A stretch of 63,846 nucleotides of DNA, filler included, from Hyphochytrium catenoides (lineage: Eukaryota; Protista; Hyphochytriomycota): assembly GCA_900088475.1 (NCBI GenBank). It is 6 parts of 6 records of this genome, joined end to end, with 100 filler letters (N's around TTAATTAATTAA, not from the genome) between each part and the next. Parts side by side here need not be neighbours in the genome. Positions count along the whole stretch, not along the records: positions 32,944 to 53,208 come from FLMG01003344.1; positions 53,309 to 60,707 come from FLMG01002960.1; 4 more parts are not named here. One strand, 5' to 3'. The notes under the pieces were generated by a model that did no database searches, was not told where the DNA came from, and worked only from the letters and a program-made list of their open reading frames with translations. Position 1 is the stretch's first letter. Each line of letters starts with the position of its first letter. The position numbers and the translations under genes are program-made. This document shows positions 38,936-54,989 of the stretch, one piece after another.

Positions 38936-40422
38936 CACACACCGGATGAGTAATGAGTACAATACTCACATGATGAGTGAGTACAGTATGAGTGAGTATT
39001 GGGCTTTTCTGTGTACTCGAGTAACTCATGTTCTGTGAGTACTGGTTACTCATAGAGCCTCTCCTATGAGTATGAGTGAGTACAATGTACTCGAGTATAC
39101 TCATACATGTTTTCGATCGAGATACTCATATCGTGAGTACTTTTTATAAGCCCTCCTATGAGTAGTAGGCTATGAGTAAGATGAGGAGTAGGCCATGGTA
39201 AAATAATAATGAGTAGGCTATGAGTACCCTGATGAGTAAAGGACTAGATAATGACGAAGGAAGGATGACTACAGTGCTGGCTGAGGGCATAGTTCTAGTC
39301 GTAGAAGTTAGAGGAGAAGAAAATCTGCAGCTAGTAGTAGGAGCATTATTTATTATCGGTTGCTGCTGAAGAACGACGACGAGGAAGCGAGGAAGGACGC
39401 CAACAAGCAGGAGATGAAGACTACTGCTGGTTGTTACTTGTCTTTTGCCTGATCTTGAAGATGCTCTTCGTCGGCTTTATTTCTCATTATGGAGGGTGCA
39501 ACCATTGAAGAACCAGAACTGCAGAAAGAAGAATGCGATCATCCACTCATGGAGGAGTGGAAGAAGAGGAGGAGAGGCATCATCATCAGGCACTACGTGC
39601 ATCTTCTTCGTCTTCTCATAGTCTTCTTCTTCTTCGACGATTCGCTCTCCTCCTTTCTCTCAGTCGTCATCCTAAGAAAATCATTGTTCCTCCTACTACT
39701 ATTTACCTGTTGTTATTATATTCTCATCAGATCATGCCAGTCCCTTCTTTTCTTCCAAATTGGTGGCTCTTCTTATTTAACTTCTTTTGTACATCCTGGC
39801 GCATTCAAGGGCTAGTAGTAATTATAAGAATGATTATGATTCCCCTCCATTACCCGCCACACTCTTCATTCATCGTTGCTGGCNNNNNNNNNNNNNNNNN
39901 NNNNNNNNNNNNNNNNNNNNNNNNNNNNNNNNNNNGATGAAGCCAGAGGACAGAGATAAAGGAATGATCGATGAACTCATTATTTATCGTGATGATGTTG
40001 CCGCTATCTGCGTTAGCTGACAGGCAAACTGAAAAATAGTAGTATCAAAGTCACCAGCGAGAGGTGGTGGGCCGCCCGAGCGAGGGTGGTGAAAAGGGTG
40101 GTGGTGCTGTGCAAAGCAGACATCGTACTCGTAGTGTTGATAGGGAGAATTGATGGGGAGAAGGTGGTGGTTCCTTATCAATTTGTTAAGAATGTTCTCA
40201 AATTCACTCATGGCATGAGTAACTTTACTCTCATTGTGAGTCCTTGTTGCTCATAGCCCGTGAGTATACTCACACATGATTTCCCGGGAGAACTCAAAAT
40301 CCCGAGTATACTCACCTTCTATGAGTACCTTTACTCATAGGGCCGCGGGTAACTCATGCGGTATGAGTAAAAGTTACTCATTCTACTCGAGTTAACTCAT
40401 AGCTTTACTCATCCGGTCTGTG
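38936..40422 (+). mobile_element. hAT-like non-autonomous or deleted DNA transposon
   Basis: TIRs CACA(C/G)ACCGGATGAGTAA; flanks AGGTACTT and CAGTACTT (imperfect 8-bp TSD); dozens of TGAGTA/TACTCA subterminal motifs at both ends. The internal DHPLMEEWKK resembles the hAT dimerisation-domain 'dPLxWW' motif. Confidence 0.7.
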
Positions 40423-41280
40423 CAGTACTTGTGCGCTTGGCCGATAGGACAAGGGTCTCAGCTCAGGAATGAGGATGTGTGTAGCATGGACTTTAAAATT
40501 CCCACGCCTTTTTGCAAACGTTTAGTGCGTATTTCTGGAAATGCCATACTTTAGATCAGAATCACAGAAGTCTTCCCCACAATCCCCTGCAACAGTGCGC
40601 ATCCATCCACACGAAGGGACCATATAAAATTCCACGTTGGGTAGTTTTGCCCTGTTATAGTTAAAGCGCGCTAAAACTAGCTGAGATACATACTACTAGA
40701 GATACGTACGGTTTGGCACATAAGGTTTAACTAGAACTATTCATTCCTAGTTACCCAGAGATCGCACATCTCGAGAGCGCTACAAGTACCGTGATTATTT
40801 TGAGAGAAAACCAATTCTACTCGTAGGGAACGTTTCTGCAACTTTCCGAGGCTCTGATTGGTCAATCGATCTAGGAGACTCTCAGATCAGCACTAAGTTA
40901 GTGGTTGTTATTCCGTGTCTGGTCCGAACAATTCGGATTCGGAAGGCAGAGCATTCTCAGTTTTTTGTGCTTGTTAGCGATTCCTGCACCATATATCGGG
41001 AATAGACCCTGATCTCGTGATCTCCTAGAATCCTCGTACTCGTACAGGTACGTACGAGTACAGTACAGTGTACCAAACTTTTCTCCTAGTACAACGGTGA
41101 CGAACAACGATTACAACATCCTCGGTATGCGGGAAGTATTCTCCGTTCTCCGGAAAGTACCAATAACGGCTAGCCACTATATTTGCTCTCACGTGACTTG
41201 TCAGGTGTCAGTATTTAGAACTATAGAGTCTTTTCTTGCTGTCTAATGTATTCTTAGAGACCACCTTCTCAAAAATTTGC

Positions 41281-41370
41281 TGTTCTCCGCCTGTTCTCCG
41301 CCGTTCTCCGCCGTTCTCCGCCGTTCTCCGCCGTTCTCCGCCGTTCTCCGCCGTTCTCCGCCGTTCTCCG
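41281..41370. repeat. (CCGTTCTCCG)n decamer subterminal repeat (also about 41512-41570 and 42867-42906)
   Basis: Direct inspection. Confidence 0.95.
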
Positions 41371-41710
41371 TCGTCCCCCAAGACTCCATTTTCTGTTTTT
41401 TTCGGGTATGAAGTTGACATGCTACACATTACCTTTTACATTTTTGACAATTCTAGTATTAACACTGACTATGAGGATTTACATCCACTTGTTTGACAAA
41501 AGCATCAAACCATAAATTCGGTACTCTTGGTGTTCTCCGCCCGTTCTCCGCCGTTCTCTGGTTCTCCGTTTTCAGCTTTGCCCACATAAAGACTGATCTC
41601 CGGTTCTCCGGTTCTCTGGATATTATCGTTCTGAAATAAGGTTTGTTCTAAATTCAGTCTAAGTCTAAATAACATAATCTATGATCTCCTTTTTACCTCT
41701 GCCTCTAAAA

Positions 41711-42328
41711 TAAAGACTGATCTCCGTTTTTCCTTTTGCCTAATATAAAGACTGATCTCCGTTTTTCCCTCTGCCTAATATAAAGACTGATCTCCGTTTT
41801 CCCCTCTGGCTAATATAAAGACTGATCTCCGTTTTTCCCTCTGGCTAATATAAAGACTGATCTCCGTTTTCCCCTCTGCCTAATATAAAGACTGAGCTCC
41901 GTTATTGCCTTTGCCTAATGTAAAGACTGATCTCCGTTTTTCCCTCTAAGACTGATCTCCGTTTTTGCCTCCGCCACTAATATTAAGACTGATCTCCGTT
42001 TTTCCCTCTGCCTAATATAATGACTGATCTCCGCTTTTCCCTCTGCCTAATATAATGACTGATCTCCCACCTGCCTACTATAAAGACTGATCTCCGTTTT
42101 TGCCTTTTGCCTAATGTAAAGACTGATCTCCGTTTTTCCCTCTGCCTAATATAATGACTGATCTCCATGTTTGCCTTTGCCTAATATTATAAAGACTGAT
42201 CTCCGTTTTAGCCTTTGCCTAATATAAAGACTGATCTCCGTTTTTGCCTTTGCCTAATATAATGACAGATCTCCGTTTTGCCTCCGCAACTAATATTAAG
42301 ACTGATCTCCGTTTTCACCTCTGCCTCT
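41711..42328. repeat. 35-bp tandem array, about 18 units
   Basis: Consensus TAAAGACTGATCTCCGTTTTTCCCTCTGCCTAATA; no unique spacers. Confidence 0.95.
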
Positions 42329-44720
42329 GCGCAAGTTTTTTACCGCTGTTATCCTCTGCCCAATGCCCAATAGACCGCCTCTCTACATGTACACAATGTC
42401 ATCGGTACGCCTTCCCTCTTCAGGCTCCTACGACGTTCCCACGCTTCTCTGGTCTTCGTTCTCTGTTCTCTCGAGTCTTCACATTTGGTTCTCTGTTCTC
42501 CGGCGGTATCTCTGTTCTCAATTATCTGCTATCTGCTTCACCTTCGTCCTCAGTTAACCGTAACCCTCCAATCTCGAGCCTCGATGCCGACATCGGCGGC
42601 CACTCAAGTAAGTCTGCACTTATGCTCATTGGCACCCTTTCTCCATCCCCCTTTGACCCTGAACCGCTTGATCACAGCGCGTTCCGTTACCTTCCTGTCA
42701 CTTTCTTACAAGGTGACGTCTCCGAAGAAAGGCAACAGTGGTAGCTGTCTTCGTACCACTTCCTAATTCTCTGTAAGCAAAGTTGGCACAGAAATGTGAA
42801 AATGGGGATAGCGTTGTCAATTTTATGTCTTCAGTCAAGTGAAAAACACTAAAGTCCGGGAAAGCGCCGTTCTCCGCCGTTCTCCGCCGTTCTCCGCCGT
42901 TCTCCGTTTTGGTGGAAACGGAGAACGGAGAATACTTCACGCAAGCACATCCTCGTTTGATCTCTGCCGAGCTTCTTTCAAGCTAAAGAGTTGAAACTGT
43001 ACTTGTAGAGAAGTTATGGACATCGTTTTTCTCATCTGCCATCGCCGCCCTGGATTTCCCCACAAAAAGAGGAGGATTGTCTTGTTCTGTCATAGAACTA
43101 TGCTTCATGCGTTCCAACTGCTGATAGCATAACAGCATAATCGAGTCAAGCGGTAGAACTACTTTGTTTGCGAGCTACTTCGAAAAAGATGATGAGTTCA
43201 CACCTCTCTTCTTTCTCAACCATCTTCTCTGACTTTAGCATTCCATTCTGAAACCGACTGCATCTGAAGATTTTTTGTTGGAGCAGTAGGACTCTCACAC
43301 TCATCAATGTGGGAGTAGAAAGAATGTCAACGAACATGACTAGTTCTATAGCAGATTGACTGGAGCTACGATGGTTCGGCATATCACATGCTGTCCAGGA
43401 TAAGGAGCTCGTGCCTCAGGCACCTTCGACACCATCCAAGTAGTCAAGTCCGTTCCACATTGACAGCATCTTATCACCACCTTACTGTTGTTTCCCTTCT
43501 TCTCCTCCTTCTTCTTATCTGTAGATAGTACTTACTGCCTTCAGCTCTAACAAGTCGTGGTTCTATCGTAAAACCTCTATCAATACTCACTCAACAATTT
43601 ACCAGATACTTGGTATCACACCAATCAACCTCTTGCAAGACATTCGCCTAATCTGAGCAAACTCGCTTTATTTGAACAGTAGTGTCTACTACTGTTTCAA
43701 CATTTATTGCGTTCGCGCCAAGAAGAGCATAGAACTACGACTTCTTCCTGTTCATTTCACAGTACTCCCAAGTTATCACTTTGGACTGACAGCAGAAGTA
43801 ATAATATGAACTCACACGTTTTACCTTCAAAGTAGCGTGCTACTCTTTTGGCTTTACTTTGAAAGTGTAGGAACTAGACCAGCTATTTATAAATAGCTTT
43901 GACCAGCCAAGTCTAGGAGTCTAGGGCCACTCTGAAGTTCTGGTAACCTGGTAATCTGGTTCCTCAAATATAGGGTTAGGGTTAGCACCCATTACTGTAT
44001 GATAGATATAACAAAGAGGGAACGAAAGGGAGCGATAGTAGGGTGGGTACGTGTCCAAGTACAAAGGGATGGATGACAAGAGGAAGCACTAGCCCGATAT
44101 AAAACAACGCCCACGGAATGAAAGAAGGAGGTAGTCAAGCGAGGGAGAAGAGAGTGAGTCATCCATGTGCTGCTTGCTGGCTTTATTAATCTAGGAGCTC
44201 ATTTAGTACCTGAACCGTACTGCGAACCGGCCACTACTGGAACTACTGTGTATCTGCCAGAGCACAACAGTTCAAACTTATCGTCGGCAGCCTTTCCCTC
44301 TCCCGTTTCGACTCTACACGTCCTCCCTTGTTGTCGTTTTGGTTCAGTGAAGAGAAAGGACGGCGATAGAAGAGACAAAGAAGAAGAGAAAGGGCAAGAT
44401 GGTAGAAAGGAGCAATGTGGGAGAGAGCGAGAGCGAGAGGCTGCGAGAGCCAAAGAAAGAGAGAAGGAGAGAGAGAGAGAACTCCCGAGTCCTCTAACGA
44501 TACTACTACTCGTACTCTCCCGCTCTACTTCGATGTCTTCTATCACCTCACCTTCGAAGTTGCCTCCTCGGTGCCACAGCCAAACGCATAACTCCATTTC
44601 TTTCTCTCTCTTTTCCCAAGAAGGCCAACCGAAAGACAGGAACAATCGAACAAAGAAAGAAGGAAGAAACCACTACAAGAGTCGAAAGCCACCCAATTAC
44701 TAACGACCTTACTTTGAGAG

Positions 44721-45575
44721 ATGAAGGTTTTAGTACTCCTTCTTGGTTTCGTCCTCGCCACGGCCTTCCAATATCAATCCCTATTCTCTGTCGCCGAAGA
44801 AACAGAGAAGATGGAAAGAATTGCTTTGCGAAGACAAGGGATGGTAGAAGAAGACGTCAAGGACGCAACAAACAACACCACCGACTACTACAAGAGAAAT
44901 ATGAATAGCGAGGAGGAAAGTGGCCTTTTGGCTTTAGCAGACGACGTTACTGGTGCTCTATACCATATACCGAGAAGCGGAAAAAGCAGCCGAAAGCTCA
45001 TCACGGACGAGTGCAGAGAAAACGACCATATGAGAATGGGGGGAGTGCGCGGTGATTGTCATCACGAGCCCCTTGAACAAAAAAGGAAAGGCCCCTCCGG
45101 GTACGTCAAACTCGCTGACGATACTTGCTGGGGCAATGAAACCCCAGACCCAAACAAGGGCTACAGTGGAAAGAATGTGATTCTTCAAGTCGAGGATGCC
45201 AGATTGAAGTGTGTCAACCTTCTGGGGTGTGACGGGATACGCCAATATAATAACCTCGCTTCCTCGGCATATTGGCTATTTGAAGACGTCCACTGTGACG
45301 ATGTCATTAGGTTCTACTCTAAAGGGAACTGCCAAGGATCTTATCACGAGTGGAACATTGCAGTCGACATCGCCCCGAACGTCAAATATTTCCCACGGAA
45401 CTTCGTCGACGACGGTATCAACAACGTAGTCTCCTCCTTCATGGTTCTGAACCGTTATGACGACGTTAAACAGACGCGATCGGTTTGTCCAGCTTCTATT
45501 TATGTCAATAAGAAGTCGTTTAAGAGACGCTATGGTTTTAGCAAGAGGAGGGGCCAAGAGGTATACTCTGCATAA
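44721..45575 (+). CDS. Secreted protein with a C-terminal beta/gamma-crystallin-like (Greek key) domain
   Basis: Signal peptide MKVLVLLLGFVLATA; intronless 284 aa; IRFYSKGNCQG…FPRNFVDDGINNVVSSFMV fits the Y/FxxxxF/CxG…N/D-xx-SS Greek-key pattern seen in oomycete secreted families. Confidence 0.8.
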   Translation: MKVLVLLLGFVLATAFQYQSLFSVAEETEKMERIALRRQGMVEEDVKDATNNTTDYYKRNMNSEEESGLLALADDVTGALYHIPRSGKSSRKLITDECRENDHMRMGGVRGDCHHEPLEQKRKGPSGYVKLADDTCWGNETPDPNKGYSGKNVILQVEDARLKCVNLLGCDGIRQYNNLASSAYWLFEDVHCDDVIRFYSKGNCQGSYHEWNIAVDIAPNVKYFPRNFVDDGINNVVSSFMVLNRYDDVKQTRSVCPASIYVNKKSFKRRYGFSKRRGQEVYSA

Positions 45576-45935
45576 GGTTTATCTAAATTTGAACAGCACT
45601 TCTTCATCCCAGCCGCCGTGAATAGCACGTATTCCTCTTCCTTCAGCGTTGGCACGCGCTCATGCTAGCCTTCCTGATCGAGTCTAATGACAGTCTTCTC
45701 CCTCGGCGTGGCGTCCTCTTCTCCTCTCCTTCTCCTATTGTCCGTTCTTGCTGAGGAGTGTACTACCATGAGTCTTCCATTTCTGATGATGACGATGGTA
45801 AAAAAGAAAGGAGACCGAGCTAAAGAGACGACCCGGACTTTGTCCCTCTTGTCTCTTCTTCTCCTTATAAAAAGTTGCTGTTGCTGTTGATTCTTCAATC
45901 TGCTGCCTCTTCCTGAATCTCTCTCTCTCTCTCCT

Positions 45936-45972
<37 letters not shown>

Positions 45973-46353
45973 CTCTTTCCTCTTTCTTTTTTCTTTTTTA
46001 TCTCTCTCTCTTGCCCTCTCTCCCTCACTCACTCTCTCTCTTTCTCTTCCCTCTTTCTTTTTTCTTTTTTGTCTCTTTCTCTTCCTCTCTTCGGTAGAGA
46101 GAAAGCACGGCTCCCCTTTCTCACGCAAGGTAGTCGAAGTCCAGAGTCCAATAATTTAAGAAGTCCCGACGTCCCACCAAGAAAAAATAAAGGGGGAAAA
46201 AGTGAGCGAGTCCATTCTTTTTGCAGGCGGCCTCGCGCCTGTCACTACACCACCGAACCTGCAGTCCTCGTGCACCTCCTGTCACTTGTTTCCTTGAATT
46301 GAAAGAGGTAGGTTCCTGCCATGCTCCACCATTGTATGACGCAAGAGAGGAGA

Positions 46354-46424
<71 letters not shown>

Positions 46425-46866
46425 GAGAAGGAGAAGGGGAGAGAGAGAAGGAGAGAGAGAGAGAAGAGGAGAGAAAAAAAGAGAGACAGAGAGAGAGAGG
46501 CAGAGAGAGAAAGAGACAGAGAGAGAGAGGAAAGATATTCTGGCGCTATTCACCTTTCTTACTGCTGATTGCCTAGCGCTTTTTCATCTCTCTTTGTTGT
46601 CTCTCCTCGTATGGTTCTTTCCTACCTCTCCCGCGCGCTTTCGTGCACTTCTTATCTATAGAGGGAAAAGAAGAGCCACAGTGCTCAGGAAGAAGAAGCT
46701 AGACGAAAAGAGGAGAGAGAGAGAGACCAAAATTTTCCGTAGTATAGCTGTAGACCTTTTGCTTCTAGCATAGAGATGGATGTACCTCTCTCTTTCGCGG
46801 GGCGCCGCCTCTCCTTCCTTCTTTACGGGTTAGAAGAAAAGAATGATTGTCATATTCGACTAAAGT

Positions 46867-46925
<59 letters not shown>

Positions 46926-47444
46926 GTTGCCACTCTTCCCCCTTTTCCATATCCTCTTAGGGCTTTGCCATCCATAACGTCACAAGCAAGTGTATAATAT
47001 GTTAGCTAAGTGAACGTAGGCCATGATGAAAGAAGAGGAGAGAGAGCGCAAAGTCTCTTTCTCTTTTCTAAGAGCTCCCTGCCCTCCGACACTAATATTA
47101 GAGTCTGCTGATGCTAGAACTGGTCTCAGTTTCTTATCCTCTTCCTTTTCCTTGGTTTCTCTCTTCATCCCGCCTCTCATTTTTCTTCTTGTTCTTTCTT
47201 TGTTCCTTTCTCTTGGTTGTACCGCTCTCTCTTTCTCTCTCTCTCTCTCTCATTCTCTCTCTCTCCCTCCGTTTCTCTTTCTCTCTCTTCTCTGTCTTTT
47301 GTTAGCACTACGTTCTTCTCATTCACGACGACAGAGATGGAGCGTCAGCTGCGTGGTAAAACCCTCTTCTATCCCTGTCTTTCTTTCCGGTGTCTCTCGC
47401 ACTCTCTCTTTTCTTTTCTCTTTCCTTTCTTCTCGTCCTCCAGC

Positions 47445-51230
<3,786 letters not shown>

Positions 51231-51757
51231 GGTTCATATCTCGTGAGCAGGGCTAAAGAAATAGCACTAGCAGAGGTCAGGTTGGCGTCAACATGCTCAT
51301 GCCACGCCTACACAGAGTTCTTCCCACAACAGGAGAACAAACTATATCAAATTCTAGCAAGCAGATGGATGGCAGTATTTAGCGGCACTCCGCATTGAGC
51401 GCCTTGCATAGGTGCCCACAGACCAAACTTTTATCGCGTCTTCAGAAATGCAGATCTGAAACTCTGAGCTTCAGATTGAAGATCAGTTTTGCGCGCCAAA
51501 CGTTTCTGCGCTGTTGTAGTTGTTTACGTAGTTTGCGCCGAAGTTCATAAACGATGTCCGTTACCGGCACTATGATCAAACGTTGTTTGCAAGTCTTATA
51601 CTTGAATGTTTCTTTCAGTTGTTTTTATGTTTAGGGTGTAGAACTATGCGTAGCAAAGAAACCTTAGAAGTTATGAGAAAATTGTTTCACGTTTCTTTCG
51701 CTTTCTTACGTTGTTCTGATCAAGAGCTGCGGCCAACCAAATTGGTTTGGAAGTTGG

Positions 51758-51826
<69 letters not shown>

Positions 51827-52179
51827 GCAGAGAGAGGGAGAGAGAGGGAGAGAGAGAGACACACAGAGGGAGACAGAGAGAGAGAAAGAGAGAGAGAAAG
51901 AGAGAAAGACAGAGAGAGAGACAGAGAGAGAGAGGGAGAGGAAAAGACGAGATTGCGAACCATCATCGCTCGCCCTCAAGAAGCGCGAAGCTTCCCCTCC
52001 GCCGCCATCGCCTATTCACCTCATCCTGTCCTTTCTGCTCGCGCCTGAAGAAAGAGAAAGACGAGGCCAGGAGAAGACCTTCTTTCTCTCTCCAGACATC
52101 TTTCAAGCTAAAAGTAACGCAAGGAAAAAGAAAAACAGAAAGGAAAGAGAGAGAGAGAGAGAGAAAGAAGAAGAGAAAG

Positions 52180-52821
52180 ATGAGGTTCTCCTATCAGTTC
52201 AGTCAGCTGCTGGGCTCTGTATATACAGGCGGGACGCTGGTCTTCTCCCCTGACGGAAACTCTCTCTTCAGCCCAGTCGGGAACCGCATCACGCGCTTTG
52301 ATCTAGTCAAGTAAGGACCTTTTTGCCTTCCTCTATACATTTCTCTCTCCCTCTTTCTCTCTCTCTCTATGTGTGTGTGCCTCTGTCTCTCTCTCTCTCT
52401 CCCCTGTGGCACTTTGATGCGCTCCTCTTCCCTAGCATTCTGTGAGCATGCGTCTGCCTATTGATAAAGCGAGAGTCTCTCTCCTTTNNNNNNNNNNNNN
52501 NNNNNNNNNNNNNNNNNNNNNNNNNNNNNNNNNNNNNNNNNNNNNNNNNNNNNNNNNNNNNNNNNNNNNNNNNNNNNNNCTGGCTCATCCTGCCATCAAT
52601 CCTGTTGTGAGTCCTTTTTTTCTTTGTCCTATGTGTTAATGATGATTTCCTGTCATCATACCTCCTTATCTCTGACATCCGGCGCTATCTCTCTCTCTCT
52701 CTTCCCCTGTCCCTCTCTATCTGTCTCTTTCTTTCTCTCCCCTTTCTCTCTCTCTGTGTGTGTCTCTCTCTCCTGTTTCTCTCCTTCTCACTCTCACCCT
52801 CTTGCTACCCGCTGGGATTTC

Positions 52822-52864
<43 letters not shown>

Positions 52865-53024
52865 CTTTCTGTGACACAATTCTCTCTCTTCCGCTCGTTT
52901 TCTCTCTCTTCGTCTCTCCCAACGTGCAGCAATACCTCAATAACTCTTCCCTGTGAGAATCGCAAGAATGTTAGAACTCTGTCTGTATCCCCAGACTCTC
53001 GGTTGCTCATTTCTGTCGATGAAG
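52180..53024 (+). CDS. PWP2: PWP2/Utp1 SSU processome WD40 protein, first two exons (cut by the scaffold end)
   Basis: MRFSYQFSQLLGSVYTGGTLVFSPDGNSLFSPVGNRITRFDLV…|NTSITLPCENRKNVRTLSVSPDSRLLISVDE matches the conserved PWP2 N-terminus. Confidence 0.92.
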
Positions 53025-53208
53025 GTAAAAAGAGCGAAGATGTAGAGAGAGAGAGAAAAGAAGTAGAGAGAGAAAGAGAGAGAAAGAGGGAGAGAGTATG
53101 TGAGAGAGAGAAAGAAGGGGAAAGATAAAGAGGAGAAGATGACTTCGGGCGGAGAGATAGGCGTTCCTGTCTAGCGTTGCTAAAAACACCTCTCTCTCTC
53201 TCTCTCTC

Positions 53209-53308
53209 NNNNNNNNNNNNNNNNNNNNNNNNNNNNNNNNNNNNNNNNNNNNTTAATTAATTAANNNNNNNNNNNNNNNNNNNNNNNNNNNNNNNNNNNN
53301 NNNNNNNN
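53209..53308. other. Artificial scaffold linker
   Basis: N-TTAATTAATTAA-N. Confidence 0.97.
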
Positions 53309-53970
53309 CTTCCAAGATTGGTATGGGACAGCGGCATAGCTTCTCTCTTTCTCTCTCTCTCTGTTTGTGTCTGTCTAGTGGCTTTTCCGCTAATATCTAC
53401 CACGGGCTCTACTATTGACAGGAAAGGAAAGACATAAACTAGAGGAAGATAGTGGGTGACTAGAGAGAAGAAGATAAATGAAGAGCAGAGAGGAGAAAAG
53501 ACAATACACGGCTGGCTCTCTCGTTCGCGTTTTCTCTTTCTCTCTCTCTCTCTCTCTTGGTCTAATCAATTTGAAGAACTAAACCGGTCTTTCAGGATTA
53601 GGGAAAGGAACAAAGGGCAATAGAGAAACAGCGCGAGCATTCTTTAGCGATGATGACAAGAAAGAAGAGGGAACTTAATATTGGCCGAGTCCCTATCTCT
53701 CAGGTATTGCTCTTTCTCATTTCTCTCTCTCTCTCTCTCTCCGCTTTTCTCTCTCTCTCTCTTCCTCTTTGTCGGTCTTTACTAGAGCTTCTTTGCTTGG
53801 TGCATGTCGCAGCAGGCAGCAGAGTAAAAAAGCGACGGCAAAAGGGGAGAGAAGAGAGGGTTTGGGTTCCAAGATGACGCTGATTGATGCTTTCAAGGCC
53901 ACGTACAGGTTATCAGTCGCCCCGAGGAGAGGAGCAGACAAGAAAGGAAAGGGGATAAGATGGTAGTGTT

Positions 53971-54025
<55 letters not shown>

Positions 54026-54756
54026 AGAGGGAGAGAGAGGAAGACAAAGACAGAGAGAGAGAGAGAGGAGAGACAGGCAGAGAGAGAAAGAGATTGAGGG
54101 AGACAGAGAGAGAGAAAAAGAGGTAGAATGCAGAAGGAAGAGGAGACGAGGGCGAGAGGGTAGAGCAACTGTTGAGGGTGATGGGCTACTTGCTGAAGCA
54201 GGGAGACCAATAAATTGCAGCGAGAGACAGATAAGAGAGAGAAAAGGAAGAGAAGAGAGAAAGAAGAAGGGAGAATAGTAGTGTACACTTCTGTCTTTGT
54301 CTCTACCATACACCTTTTACATCCAACTTCCTCCTTTCTCTTCCCTGCTCAGTGCACGTCGAGATATCTCTGCTGTCTTCCTTCAGTTGTTCACTTCTCC
54401 TTCCTCCTCCCTGCCTTTCTCTCTCTCTCTCTCTCTTCCACTTGGCGCTTCCATCTTCTGTGGCCTTTATAGCAACCCTCGCTCGTGTTTGAACCTCTTC
54501 GATTTGGGTCTTCCTCTTCTTTGTTTCCCCTGCCTCCGGTTCCCCTCATTCTCTTCCTCTCTAGCTCCCTTTTCTCTCTCTCTCTCTCTCTCCATCTTCC
54601 TCGCTCTGTCAACTATCTCTTCTTCTTAGTTGGTCTCCTCCTCGTAGCTCTCGCTGCTCTACCTTGCCCGTTTAGCCAGCTCTCCGTATCGTTGTTTCTC
54701 TCTCTCTCTCTGTCTCTGTCTCTTTCTCTCTGTCTCTGTCTCTGTCTCTTTCTCTG

Positions 54757-54820
<64 letters not shown>

Positions 54821-54958
54821 CTCTAATTGCGGAGCGTTGTTACTTGTTACCATGTAACGGTCCGGCCAATGAGATAATCAGTAGAACTTCGTGTTGATTA
54901 TCAATACTCCTTGCTTTGATGTTGTGGTTCTTTCCTCTTCTCCTCTCTGTTTTCCAGA

Positions 54959-54989
<31 letters not shown>

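Larger units (their letters stand above)
41125..42946. mobile_element. Non-autonomous TIR element with a 9-bp TSD (Mutator-like)
   Basis: Perfect TSD ACATCCTCG (41116-41124, 42947-42955); TIRs G(T/C)(A/T)TGCG(G/T)GAAGTATTCTCCGTTCTCC with G…C termini. Confidence 0.88.

Noticed and set aside
41711-42328. 35-bp array as a CRISPR or TIGR-like guide array (contains CTGA, similar unit size)
   Set aside because: Units are near-identical along their whole length with no unique spacers, there is no associated cas or Nop-domain gene, and the array lies inside a TIR/TSD-bounded eukaryotic transposon.
43971-43985. TAGGGTTAGGGTTAG as a telomere
   Set aside because: Only about 2.5 units and internal to the scaffold.
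44815-44860. Canonical RxLR-EER effector call
   Set aside because: The sequence is R-I-A-L-R-R (RxxLR) followed by EED, so it is only reminiscent of the motif.
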